From a virus: 64,000 nt of DNA. Made by a program: the position numbers and the translations under genes. Under the pieces are notes generated by a model that saw only the letters and a program-made list of their open reading frames with translations, did no database searches and was not told the origin of the DNA. Location of the stretch: the IMG/VR virus record IMGVR_UViG_3300023276_001086, positions 1-64,000 of that record, one strand, 5' to 3'. Shown here in pieces: positions 9,028-18,161 of the stretch; the first letter of the stretch is position 1, and each line of letters opens with the position of its first letter.

Positions 9028-9883
9028 TCTGTACCACCCTCAGCTGCTCGGAGAGCTGTCGCTGACGGTACAGAACGTAGTCCCGGGCCACCAGCAGTTT
9101 CGCTACCTGGACGTCGACTACTGTCTCTTGGAGCTCATCCCGGTCGTCCCCCAGCGATACACACTTGCGATACCGGGCCTCGACTGGGCGGTGGTCCCGC
9201 TCGAGCTCTTTCGTAAGCTCGGAATCAGGCGCACCACAAGAATCGCAGACATCATTGTCGTCATCCCGGTCGATCCTACCACACTTGCGGCACCGATAAC
9301 GGGGACGGGATGCCCAGTCCTGGGCAACGTTCACTGGGGGCGGGAGGTAGTAGACGCCCTCATCCAAGAAAGCGGCAGCGATAAACATCTCCACCTCCTC
9401 GGACAGCGTCTGCGTATCAATCTTCCCCATGACGTCGAGAGCCATCATGATTTGGGCGACCGTCGGCTTCTGCATCGTGTGGAAGCTGGGGATGTTGTTG
9501 TTCAGCGCCTGGAGTACCACACAGAAGACCTCCCACGCCTTCCATGGGGATGGTGTGACGTGGCAGGTCTTCACTGCCTGAATCTGCTGCCAGTTGATTG
9601 CGCTGATCGAGGGCTGCCGGAAATCATCCTTCAGCTCAGAGGCCAGTGTCTCAGCCTCCCAGTCCAACCACTCCGTGCCGTACCTGTCGAGAATGACCAG
9701 GTCCAGCAGGAGCGGATGGGTGTCGTGGTGCGACAGGAAGTTTGTAGCGGTGAAGGGGTGGGGAGTGAACTCCGTGTCTGCGGAGTCCTCCCCCTCCTCT
9801 TCCGGGACGTCTTCGACGGGAGGCTTCTCGTCTTCAGCGCCCCGAAGCTGGCGGTAGAACCGCTCTTCAGAGGTTTGACTCAC
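9005..9883 (-). CDS. Hypothetical protein with zinc ribbon
   Basis: 292 aa; CRKC...CDSC; in operon. Confidence 0.7.
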   Translation of the reverse strand: MSQTSEERFYRQLRGAEDEKPPVEDVPEEEGEDSADTEFTPHPFTATNFLSHHDTHPLLLDLVILDRYGTEWLDWEAETLASELKDDFRQPSISAINWQQIQAVKTCHVTPSPWKAWEVFCVVLQALNNNIPSFHTMQKPTVAQIMMALDVMGKIDTQTLSEEVEMFIAAAFLDEGVYYLPPPVNVAQDWASRPRYRCRKCGRIDRDDDNDVCDSCGAPDSELTKELERDHRPVEARYRKCVSLGDDRDELQETVVDVQVAKLLVARDYVLYRQRQLSEQLRVVQNGRKLQR

Positions 9884-9895
9884 CAGCTACCTCGA

Positions 9896-11251
9896 CTACG
9901 CCAGCGTTAGGGTGAGGCTAGACTTCGAAACGATGCCATCACTTTCGATGGTCACGTCGACGATGTCCGTCGCAGCCTTCGCCGGGGAGTCACCGGTGAG
10001 ATCGGGCACGGCGACAGTGGCTGTACCATCATCGATGGCGGCAGCACCTGTGGTGCCTGTGGTGTTGGCCGGCAAGCACACCGTACCGCCACAACGAGCC
10101 ACAAAGCCCTCACCAACGCCACCGACCATCGGTGCAGCCGCCGCGATGGCGTTCGTGACACCGGCACCGCCAGAGGTTGCACGCAGGTAGCCGTCAGAGG
10201 CGGCAGCGCCGAGGTTGATGGCCGTAGCGATGTCGTCGGCATCCGAGACGCCAACCTGGATTTGGATGCCCCAGGCGCCGCCGGATTCCGACACGACCTC
10301 GGCACCAGCAGTCGCACCATCAGTGATCTCGATGGTGTAGCCCGTGTCACCAGGCGAGAGCGCCGTGATCACGACCTCGGAAGTGGTGAGCCACAGGGTC
10401 AGCTCATCGAAGGTCTGGTTCTGGAGGAGGTTGCGCCCCTCGAGAATGATGTCGGCGCCCGTTGCGGCAACACCGGTGCCGTCGAGCCAGTCGACCTCGG
10501 GTGGTGCACCGACCGACGGAACGACCGTGGCCGAGAACTGGTTCGACCGCACACCGTCAGAGGAGATCTCCACGAGGGTGGGGGTTCCGCTTGCGACGGT
10601 TGAGATGTCGGGAACGGTGACGGTACAGACTGCTTCTGCCAGAGCCGCAGCACCAGCAACGCCAGCCGTGTTGGCCGGAAGCGCCTCTTGGCCGTTGACG
10701 AGACAGGTGAAGCCCGCTCCGAGCCCACCAGTCAGAGCAGTGGCGGCCGCGATAGCGTTGACCGCAGCCGCACCACCGGCTGCCCGCAGGTAACCATCGG
10801 AGTCAGCACCAGCAAGGTTGATCGCCGTAGCAATCTGTTCCCCCGTGGAGACAGCGGCTTCGATACCGATCACGAACGCGTTGCCGGTCTTCACGACAGT
10901 CTCGGCACCAGCAGACGCGGTGTCAGCGATCTGAACGGTGAGATCGTTGCCGTCAGTGCCCGGCTTCAGCGCCGTGATGACTACCTGCGACGTGGCGAGC
11001 CACAATGTCAGCGCCGCGAAGGACTGACCTTGGACGAGATCCGCCCCGGCGATGACGAGGTCCCCGCCGTACTTCGGCAAGTCGCTTCCCAGCGAATTGA
11101 TTTTGGGGAACGAGGTCCGGTCCTCGAGCTCCGAGATGGCGTCTTCGACATCTTGCCGAAGGTCACCGACCTCACCAGCAATCCCACCCTTGGCTTGGTG
11201 AACGAGGTGGCTCTTCTTGGCGCGCTGAGTCCCAAAAGTCTTACTCGGCAT
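9896..11251 (-). CDS. Virion structural protein with about 200-aa internal duplication
   Basis: 451 aa, Ala/Gly/Thr-rich; two copies of GxDxxxxGxxLxQxQxF..LTLWLxTSxVVITALxPG..DGYLRA..LPANTxG; strong RBS. Confidence 0.7.
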   Translation of the reverse strand: MPSKTFGTQRAKKSHLVHQAKGGIAGEVGDLRQDVEDAISELEDRTSFPKINSLGSDLPKYGGDLVIAGADLVQGQSFAALTLWLATSQVVITALKPGTDGNDLTVQIADTASAGAETVVKTGNAFVIGIEAAVSTGEQIATAINLAGADSDGYLRAAGGAAAVNAIAAATALTGGLGAGFTCLVNGQEALPANTAGVAGAAALAEAVCTVTVPDISTVASGTPTLVEISSDGVRSNQFSATVVPSVGAPPEVDWLDGTGVAATGADIILEGRNLLQNQTFDELTLWLTTSEVVITALSPGDTGYTIEITDGATAGAEVVSESGGAWGIQIQVGVSDADDIATAINLGAAASDGYLRATSGGAGVTNAIAAAAPMVGGVGEGFVARCGGTVCLPANTTGTTGAAAIDDGTATVAVPDLTGDSPAKAATDIVDVTIESDGIVSKSSLTLTLA

Positions 11252-11274
11252 CCGACTCTCCTTTTCTGGCGACC

Positions 11275-12474
11275 CTACTGGGCCATGCTGGCGATGATAC
11301 GTTGTGTATCCATTGGAAGGGAATCGAAGATCACGACAGGGTTGTCCGCCAACCCACTCGCCATGTCCGCCCCAAACTTCTCTTTCAAAAGATCCTGCTT
11401 GTCGGTGGCCAGCTTCTTCAGCTGACCTTCGGTGAGGCTCTCATCGCCCTTCGCCCAAGACCACTCGGCAGACGCACGCTTCTCACCGAACGTCGTAAGC
11501 CAGGGGTCACAAACGCCCTGGTCCCAGCGATGATCGATCTGAGTAGCCGCGTCAATCTCCGCCAATGCTTCAGCGAAACGCTCCGGATGGAGGCTGGCCC
11601 TCTTCTCCATGAGAAGGTCGAGCAGCCCTGGACCTTCTTCGTTGTTCGTCTCGGCCCACACCTGGCGCCGGGTGGAGAGGGTGGCCTGCATCTCACCGGG
11701 GTTGGCGTACTCAGTCGAACCGTACTTTCGGATGACGGAGGAGACCGGAACACCTAGAGTGTCCGCGCGACTCGCTAACTTGGTACACATCTCGTGACGA
11801 ACACGGGGGTGCATCTCGCCGACCGTCTCTTGGAAGAAGGTGACTGCGTCCCCCACCTCGTCGTAGGTGTTGAGCGGGAACCGCCCATCGCCGAACGCTG
11901 CTGTCTTCGTCATGCCCCCAGAACTCTCCGGTACCCACTCGTCTACCAGGCGGACGTAGGGACTGTCCATCACAGCAGCCGACTTCTTCATGCTGCCCTG
12001 TCCGGGGCGTGCGGATCTCGGCATGATACCCGTACCAGATAGATCCGACTCTTTCTCCAGACGACCCACCGGTACGGTGATGTCGGCGCCGTCAGTCTTG
12101 ATCAACCTTTTTCGATTGGCAGCGGTCTTCACAAGCGCCAACGGGGGTTGGACGCTGAAGTGCTGGCACATCTTGGAAAGGTTGGACGCAATCTTGACCC
12201 GAGCAGTGGGCGGAATCTCGTCTTGGTGCTCAAGGAAGTAGAGCACGTTCACCGCAGTGTGCGCCTTATCCGTACAGGCGTACTTCCGCATCTGCTCATG
12301 CTCGCCCACAAAAACAACAGCAAAAGCGTGGTCTGGGAGTGCGTCGCGCTGCTCCACGTCCATGATCGCTGCCGTCTTGATGAAGTCTGGTACGGCACGT
12401 TTTCGGAAGAAGGTCCCGAGAGACGCAAAGCCATCGTCATAAGGATCGAGCACTGCGCCCGCCGAAATTTTCAT
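11275..12474 (-). CDS. Head-associated protein with two DUF6582-like repeats and many K-x-A motifs
   Basis: Start re-called at MKISAG (GAGG RBS); RDALPDHAFA..RKYACTDKAH and GRFPLNTYDEV..A..FF repeats. Confidence 0.6.
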   Translation of the reverse strand: MKISAGAVLDPYDDGFASLGTFFRKRAVPDFIKTAAIMDVEQRDALPDHAFAVVFVGEHEQMRKYACTDKAHTAVNVLYFLEHQDEIPPTARVKIASNLSKMCQHFSVQPPLALVKTAANRKRLIKTDGADITVPVGRLEKESDLSGTGIMPRSARPGQGSMKKSAAVMDSPYVRLVDEWVPESSGGMTKTAAFGDGRFPLNTYDEVGDAVTFFQETVGEMHPRVRHEMCTKLASRADTLGVPVSSVIRKYGSTEYANPGEMQATLSTRRQVWAETNNEEGPGLLDLLMEKRASLHPERFAEALAEIDAATQIDHRWDQGVCDPWLTTFGEKRASAEWSWAKGDESLTEGQLKKLATDKQDLLKEKFGADMASGLADNPVVIFDSLPMDTQRIIASMAQ

Positions 12475-12527
12475 GTGTTTCCTCGTTTGGTGCCCACGGA
12501 TACTACCTTCGGAGGTCGATGTCCTCA

Positions 12528-12555
12528 AGTCTACCACCCCGAACCCCCACGGCAA
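12528..12555 (-). promoter_or_regulatory. Sigma70-like promoter (TTGCCG-16-TAGACT, extended TG)
   Basis: At the divergent strand switch, upstream of the head operon. Confidence 0.45.
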
Positions 12556-12569
12556 AGACACTGCCTTGG

Positions 12570-12579
12570 TGGGTATAAG
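12570..12579 (+). promoter_or_regulatory. GGTATAAG promoter-like motif, copy 2 (replication operon)
   Basis: TGGGTATAAG about 48 nt upstream of the first plus-strand gene. Confidence 0.55.
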
Positions 12580-12626
12580 GGCTTCCCCACGGCAACCAAG
12601 TTAGGTGTACGCAAAAGGAGGGCTAG

Positions 12627-13073
12627 ATGGCCAGTTCGTACTCCATAGACTGCGATTATGGAGGACTAGGAAATTTCCAAGAAGACGACACGGCGTGCAT
12701 GCTATGTCCACACGAGCTCGACTGCTCACACGAATCCGAACTCGCCGAACTGGAGGCGGCCAGGACCCGCCGCACAGGGAACAGCTGGCGCTACCCCGGC
12801 AAATCGTCAGTCGAAAGACGCGGAACAACGGGCGGGACTGCGGCACGGTTCGGCAATGGGGCATTCCAGTCGTCTGAGCGGCGGAAGTCTCGTAGACCGA
12901 TGCCAGTACCCGGAGAAAATGCACTCGCAAGGGGCGGAAAGAACGTCTTCATGTCCGCGCTATCGGCTGGATTCCGTGAGGCCGCAGACTTCTGCGATGA
13001 CCACAATCTCGCTCCCGTAGTCGGCGGTGTCGTGGTCCCCGCGGCACTCCCAGCACCCAAGAAAAAGGAGTAA
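12627..13073 (+). CDS. Hypothetical protein, Cys-rich N-terminus
   Basis: 148 aa; AGGAGG RBS; C..CxxC....C. Confidence 0.7.
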   Translation: MASSYSIDCDYGGLGNFQEDDTACMLCPHELDCSHESELAELEAARTRRTGNSWRYPGKSSVERRGTTGGTAARFGNGAFQSSERRKSRRPMPVPGENALARGGKNVFMSALSAGFREAADFCDDHNLAPVVGGVVVPAALPAPKKKE

Positions 13074-13082
13074 GCTCCAGGC

Positions 13083-14444
13083 ATGATCGAGCTACCAATC
13101 CGAAAACCAGATGTCGCGTATCGGGACACCTGGCTCTGGGTACCCAAGAGCCGGGTCAACACTCGAATGTTACGGCACAGCCTCACCCTACTCATCAACG
13201 GTGGACGAGATGAGCTCACCATGTATCGAGAGTCTGAGCATCATCTCGGTATCCCAAGAGCCCGACTCGACCCAGACGAGCTCAAGTACGAGGTGGTGGA
13301 TCTCGCACCGACAAAGTTCGAGTCGGTCGACATCGTAAGCAAGGTTGTGCTCGATGCGCAGGACATGACCGACACCATACAACGAGACTCTTTCGCCGAC
13401 CTTATGGCGTCGGAGAACGGCATCCTCAACATCAGGTGCGGAGCAGGCAAGACCGTCATCATGCTCCACCTCATCGCAGAGCTTGGTGTGCCCGCCCTGA
13501 TCATCAACGACCGGGGACACATACTCGAGCAGTGGGTAGGTGAAATCGAGAAGCACCTCGAGATCAAAGGTGGGGTAGGTTGGATACAGGGCAACCCCAA
13601 GAAGTGGAAGTGGAAGAACCACCCCATCGTCTTGGCGAGTCTCAAAACACTCACGCTCTACGCTGACCAGATCCCCACTGACCTGTGCCAACGTTTCGGC
13701 ATCGTGGTCTGGGACGAGATACACCACCTGGCTGCCCCGGGGTACGCCCTGACGGCAGACATCTTCCCCGGCCGGCGCTATGGGGTGACCGCTACGGTCA
13801 ACCGACCTGACGGTCTGGAGATGCAGTATCTGTGGCACGTCGGCCCAGTCGTCTACCGCAACCTCGAGCATGACCTCGTCCCAGAGGTGGTCTTCAAGGA
13901 GTCACCGACCGTAGTGGATTGGAGCTGCGAAGAGGACAAACCCGAGTACTGCGACAAGTTCGGCGAGATCCACATCCAGAAGTTGTGCGCCTACGTAGGG
14001 CAGTGCCCCTCTGATATCGCACTGGCCAGGGAGGTCATCGACAAAGAGGTTGCCGCCGGTGGGGACATTTTGGCCCTGTCGGTATCGAAAAACCACAGTC
14101 GGGCGCTCCACGCACTCTATCCGGACTCTGGGGTCATTGACGCCAACGTCCCATTCAAGAAGCGGCTGGCCGTACTAGCGGACAATAAGCTCACGTTCGC
14201 CACGGTCCAGATCGCCAGGGAGGCCATCAACAAGAAGGCACTGGACGTACTGATTTTGCTGACCGAGTTCAGCTCTGACAACAACCTTCAGCAGGCTATT
14301 GGCCGGATACTCAGGAAGTGCGAGGGCAAGGTCCCGAAGGTGGTAGTCATCTCACACAAGAACATCGGACCTATGCAGGGCATGGGAATGAATCTGCGGA
14401 GACACTTCCGCGGATGGGGAATGGAAGTCAAAGATGAGCAGTGA
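13083..14444 (+). CDS. Superfamily 2 DNA helicase (UvsW/XPB-like)
   Basis: CGAGKT, DEIHH, TAT, QAIGRILR motifs. Confidence 0.9.
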   Translation: MIELPIRKPDVAYRDTWLWVPKSRVNTRMLRHSLTLLINGGRDELTMYRESEHHLGIPRARLDPDELKYEVVDLAPTKFESVDIVSKVVLDAQDMTDTIQRDSFADLMASENGILNIRCGAGKTVIMLHLIAELGVPALIINDRGHILEQWVGEIEKHLEIKGGVGWIQGNPKKWKWKNHPIVLASLKTLTLYADQIPTDLCQRFGIVVWDEIHHLAAPGYALTADIFPGRRYGVTATVNRPDGLEMQYLWHVGPVVYRNLEHDLVPEVVFKESPTVVDWSCEEDKPEYCDKFGEIHIQKLCAYVGQCPSDIALAREVIDKEVAAGGDILALSVSKNHSRALHALYPDSGVIDANVPFKKRLAVLADNKLTFATVQIAREAINKKALDVLILLTEFSSDNNLQQAIGRILRKCEGKVPKVVVISHKNIGPMQGMGMNLRRHFRGWGMEVKDEQ

Positions 14445-14886
14445 AGAGGAACGAGAGATACAGAAACAGGCCAATGAGCTAGTCGGGGTTACCTCCGGCA
14501 AGCACAGCTTTATTGGGAAATTTACTGGTCCCTGGGACGGGGGTGCCATCATACTAAGGGACGCGATAACCCACGAACTGCTGCAAAAAATAGTAAAGAT
14601 CGGCGGCGAGCCCCAGGCGGTCCTACTCCCAACACCCGGACTACTACCCTGGTTTATCAACGCGACCGTGTCCGAACTCGAAGTCGTACCTGATCACCTC
14701 TACCGGGTGGGCAAGCAGGACAACGACACCAAGACGGCCATCACAGGAGTGTATCTCGACTTCACGGAGTTTCTACGCAACGAACGCGCAGGCGGCAACC
14801 TCGTGCAGGGGGCCAAGCCCGATGACATGGCCAAGATCAACGCAGCTGCCAAACAATCGGGGAGCATTCTCCCCTTCGGTCGTTGA
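14434..14886 (+). CDS. Hypothetical protein
   Basis: 150 aa; overlaps flanking genes in operon. Confidence 0.7.
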   Translation: MSSEEEREIQKQANELVGVTSGKHSFIGKFTGPWDGGAIILRDAITHELLQKIVKIGGEPQAVLLPTPGLLPWFINATVSELEVVPDHLYRVGKQDNDTKTAITGVYLDFTEFLRNERAGGNLVQGAKPDDMAKINAAAKQSGSILPFGR

Positions 14887-15560
14887 TTATCGAACCACAC
14901 CCGTTCGCAGCAGAAGAGTACGCGAACTGCACCCGCTGCTCTTTGTGTGAAACACGGGAGAGGCTCGTCCTCGGAGTGGGTAACCACTACGCTGACGTCA
15001 TGTTCTTCGGACCAGGTCCTGGGCCATCGGAGGACGACGAGGGGTTACCCTTTGTCGGCCCATCGGGCGCCCTCCTCAATAGAGTGCTCAAGCTCATGGA
15101 GTGGTCACGCGACGAAGTCTTCCTCGACAACGTCGTGGCCTGCTGGCCCTGTCAGGAAACCGAAGAACGTTGGATAACCCGGGCACCAACCAAAGAAGAG
15201 ATCATGCAGTGCAGGCTTAGGGTCACGGAGACCATTCGCCTGATTGACCCCTTGGTCATTGTCGCACTGGGACCCCGAGCACTCTACGGACTTACGGGGG
15301 ATCCTACCAATATCGCCAAGGCTCGGGGCAGGCTGTACTACGCCAACATCCCAGGTGTCGTCAAGAACATCTGCTACCCAGTCTTTCCGACGTTCCACCC
15401 ATCGCACATCCTGAGCATGAACAAACGGGAAAACGCTGGAGAGATTGACGGGGACGCGGCCCCAGTACGCGGTCCCGAAAGCCCCATGCGCCTGTTCAAG
15501 AAAGACCTGATCTACGTACGCAACTATCTCAGAAGCGTCACAGCACTCTACAGGAGGTAA
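14883..15560 (+). CDS. Family 4 uracil-DNA glycosylase-like protein (4Fe-4S)
   Basis: CxxCxL, GPGPGxxED..GLPFVGPSG, NVVACWP, FHPS. Confidence 0.88.
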   Translation: MIIEPHPFAAEEYANCTRCSLCETRERLVLGVGNHYADVMFFGPGPGPSEDDEGLPFVGPSGALLNRVLKLMEWSRDEVFLDNVVACWPCQETEERWITRAPTKEEIMQCRLRVTETIRLIDPLVIVALGPRALYGLTGDPTNIAKARGRLYYANIPGVVKNICYPVFPTFHPSHILSMNKRENAGEIDGDAAPVRGPESPMRLFKKDLIYVRNYLRSVTALYRR

Positions 15561-15562
15561 GA

Positions 15563-16012
15563 ATGGCACCTAGAGGGAGAGCCGCTGCCGGTAAGGCAGC
15601 ACAAAGGGTTCGAGATGCAGAGGCGAACTTCGCGGCAGCGCACGAGGATTTGATCGTGTGGGAGGAAAACAATGAGGAGGTAATGGACGAGTTCCGCGCA
15701 CTCGTCGACACTCGAGAAACGGCACGAGAGGTCCTCGAGCTGGCCGTCTCCGACACCGGCCTACCCGGTGGTGGCATGCAGGTCGTGCCCACCAGCAAGC
15801 GAACCTTCGACGGCGAGAGGCTCCACTACCTCATCGAGGATGACGAGCTCCGCGATGAGGTCGTCGAGATCGTGTACAAGGTCAAGACCAAGGGCTTCGA
15901 CAAGGCGCTGAAGAGCCGCCGACTGGACAAGGACATCGCCAAACAGTGCATTGTCGCCACAGAGGCCGGCATGCAGATCCGAAAGAGGCCAACCAAATTC
16001 GTGCTGGGGTAG
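15563..16012 (+). CDS. Hypothetical protein
   Basis: 149 aa; GGAGG RBS. Confidence 0.75.
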   Translation: MAPRGRAAAGKAAQRVRDAEANFAAAHEDLIVWEENNEEVMDEFRALVDTRETAREVLELAVSDTGLPGGGMQVVPTSKRTFDGERLHYLIEDDELRDEVVEIVYKVKTKGFDKALKSRRLDKDIAKQCIVATEAGMQIRKRPTKFVLG

Positions 16013-16015
16013 CCC

Positions 16016-16357
16016 ATGGAGAACGAAGTACAGATCCGCCGGGTACGGATTACTCGACGGAAAGGAGAACCAGAAGTGGCAGAGCGGAAGACGGCCTACA
16101 AGAAGACTGACGTGTTGGTTGGCGACGCACTAGCCCGTGTCGAGCGTACCCGCTACGCCAAACACGGCATCGGCTACGGAGACTTCGCAATCAGCGGGTC
16201 CTGCACCGTCAGCCTTCACTGCAACCAAGATGACGTAACCATTGTCGGGGCCTGTCGGAAGGCTGGACAAATCGCTAACGCAGTGATGAAACAGGATGAC
16301 GAGGAAATGGCTAAGGTCGTCGAACTGGTAGCCAGGGAGCTAGCGGAGAATGCGTGA
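16016..16357 (+). CDS. Hypothetical protein
   Basis: 113 aa; in operon. Confidence 0.7.
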   Translation: MENEVQIRRVRITRRKGEPEVAERKTAYKKTDVLVGDALARVERTRYAKHGIGYGDFAISGSCTVSLHCNQDDVTIVGACRKAGQIANAVMKQDDEEMAKVVELVARELAENA

Positions 16358-16691
16358 GTCGGATGGCGCCTGCCGCATTGATGCGGTAGCTGCCACAAAG
16401 ATTGTCATCGAGGGTGGGGGTTCCTCCATCGGGGTCCAGGCAGCGCTTCTGGGCAAGATGGGCAAGGACACAATGACATTCGGAAACACTGTGGTGAGGA
16501 CCGGTTGGCCTGAGGAGGTCACCGAGCTCACTTCGCAACTGTGCGAGGCCATCGAAGAGCACATCGCACAGGTGCTGTTTGAGGAGGATTACAATGACGG
16601 AGATCACTCTTCCAATCGAGGAAACTCAATCCCTGCGGGGCTCGTCCAATCTGGACTGGTCACCTCAGACGATGGCACTGAACAGCTATGA
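16350..16691 (+). CDS. Hypothetical protein
   Basis: 113 aa; overlaps neighbours. Confidence 0.6.
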   Translation: MRESDGACRIDAVAATKIVIEGGGSSIGVQAALLGKMGKDTMTFGNTVVRTGWPEEVTELTSQLCEAIEEHIAQVLFEEDYNDGDHSSNRGNSIPAGLVQSGLVTSDDGTEQL

Positions 16692-17751
16692 GGAGCTGCT
16701 TGAGCAAATCCAGTCTGATGAGGATCTGCGTATTACGCCCAAGCGACTCGACCTGAGAAGCCGCGGTATCACGAAGGATGACGATCCCGGCTACGAGTGC
16801 TCCCACATGGGGAGCTGGCGCTGGTGGAAGAACGGATCCATCTACATCCCAGGCATAGGGAACCTACTCCCGACACGACACGCCAAGCGCCAGATCGGGA
16901 GCCAATTCGGCATCAAGTACGATCAGTTCCTCGGACCGATGGACAATGACCCAGAGCTCATCCAGCGGGCACTTCAACCCCACGTCAATGCCAGACGCGA
17001 CGATCCCAAGCTCATTACCAAAGTCGTAGCCCGCACGCTCCCCAAAGGTGAGGAGGTGCTAGGTGTCGATGGCATCCTTCGTGGAGTTGTTGGCCCGCGC
17101 TATGCGGAGATCAGAGACGTTCAAGTATTCGATACGTTGCGCAAGGTCGCCGGTTCCGCGCTCGATGAGATGCAGACATCGCTCACCAAACGTACCGATG
17201 AGGCAACCTTTGTCAGCATCGTCTACCCGGAGGCCAAAGATCTCGCCGCGGTTGGTGATGAGTGTCTCGGCGGCTTCAAGGTCTGGAACAGCGAAGTAGG
17301 CGGACGCTCCCTCGGCGCATCCGAGTTCGTCCAGCGGATGGTCTGCGCCAACGGGCTGGTCATCAACGTCCCAGGTGACCAACTGCTCTACCGCCGACAC
17401 AGCGGTATCACGCAGATCGAACTCGAGCAGCTCCTTCGTGACATGTGGGAGAGGCTCCCAGGCCGGTTCGAGCGTATCGCTGTCTCAGCGCACACACTCG
17501 GCACCATCCCCATCCATGACGCTGACGCAGAGATTGATCGCTTCGTCGGCTCACAAGGGCAACCGAAGTACATCCGTGACGCGGTCAAAGAAGCGTTCAA
17601 ACTGGAGCCAATCAACACCGCCTACGGCGTACTCCAGGCTATCACCAGGATGGCGACAGCCGCGCACATCGACCCAAGCCGCCAACTCGACCTTGAGAAT
17701 CTGGGCGGTAAGTACATGCTCCAAATGGCCCCCCCTACAACAATCGCTTGA
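16594..17751 (+). CDS. DUF932/DUF945-like protein
   Basis: GFKVWNSEVGGRSL...RMVCANGL motif; start placed at ATG after GAGGAGG (16672 is an alternative). Confidence 0.7.
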   Translation: MTEITLPIEETQSLRGSSNLDWSPQTMALNSYEELLEQIQSDEDLRITPKRLDLRSRGITKDDDPGYECSHMGSWRWWKNGSIYIPGIGNLLPTRHAKRQIGSQFGIKYDQFLGPMDNDPELIQRALQPHVNARRDDPKLITKVVARTLPKGEEVLGVDGILRGVVGPRYAEIRDVQVFDTLRKVAGSALDEMQTSLTKRTDEATFVSIVYPEAKDLAAVGDECLGGFKVWNSEVGGRSLGASEFVQRMVCANGLVINVPGDQLLYRRHSGITQIELEQLLRDMWERLPGRFERIAVSAHTLGTIPIHDADAEIDRFVGSQGQPKYIRDAVKEAFKLEPINTAYGVLQAITRMATAAHIDPSRQLDLENLGGKYMLQMAPPTTIA

Positions 17752-17797
17752 CCCAAGATGTAGGCCCAACGAGTACGTTGGGCACAACATCTGGTAG

Positions 17798-17825
17798 TTG
17801 AGATGTACTGTAAATACAGTATGAT
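17798..17825 (+). promoter_or_regulatory. Sigma70-like promoter TTGAGA-16-TATGAT with overlapping palindrome TACTGTAAATACAGTA
   Basis: Intergenic; preceded by hairpin gcccaacg/cgttgggc (17764-17783). Confidence 0.55.
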
Positions 17826-17849
17826 GGGAGTCTTTCCTTGGAGGCATGT

Positions 17850-18161
17850 GTGTCAGACGGAAAGGGTTCCGAAGGTGGTCGTCTCACCCTCGGACAGCGT
17901 GTACATCAACTCGAACACGAGCAATCCAAGACCAGGAAGGAGGTCAAACGAGTACGAGCAGCCACCGGACTCGGCCCAGACGATGAGGACGTAATCGCCT
18001 GGGTAGGGAAGAGGGTTGTCTTGGTACCGGCAGTCGCGGGCATGGGTGAGGAGACCGGCGTCTTGAAGCGCGTACACCGGTTCACCTACCTACTCGAAAC
18101 CGCAGCGGGTCTCGAATCTTTCAACAAGGGGCAAGTCCTGAAGATGCGGCTCTCGGGGTGA
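17850..18161 (+). CDS. Putative Sm/Hfq-like RNA-binding protein
   Basis: C-terminal half GKRVVLV...TGVLKRVHRFTYLLET..LESFNKGQV follows the Sm1/Sm2 pattern; N-terminal coiled coil; GTG after GGAGG. Confidence 0.5.
   Translation: MSDGKGSEGGRLTLGQRVHQLEHEQSKTRKEVKRVRAATGLGPDDEDVIAWVGKRVVLVPAVAGMGEETGVLKRVHRFTYLLETAAGLESFNKGQVLKMRLSG

Noticed and set aside
17806-17821. Canonical E. coli LexA box
   Set aside because: Spacing is CTG-N6-CAG, not CTG-N10-CAG.
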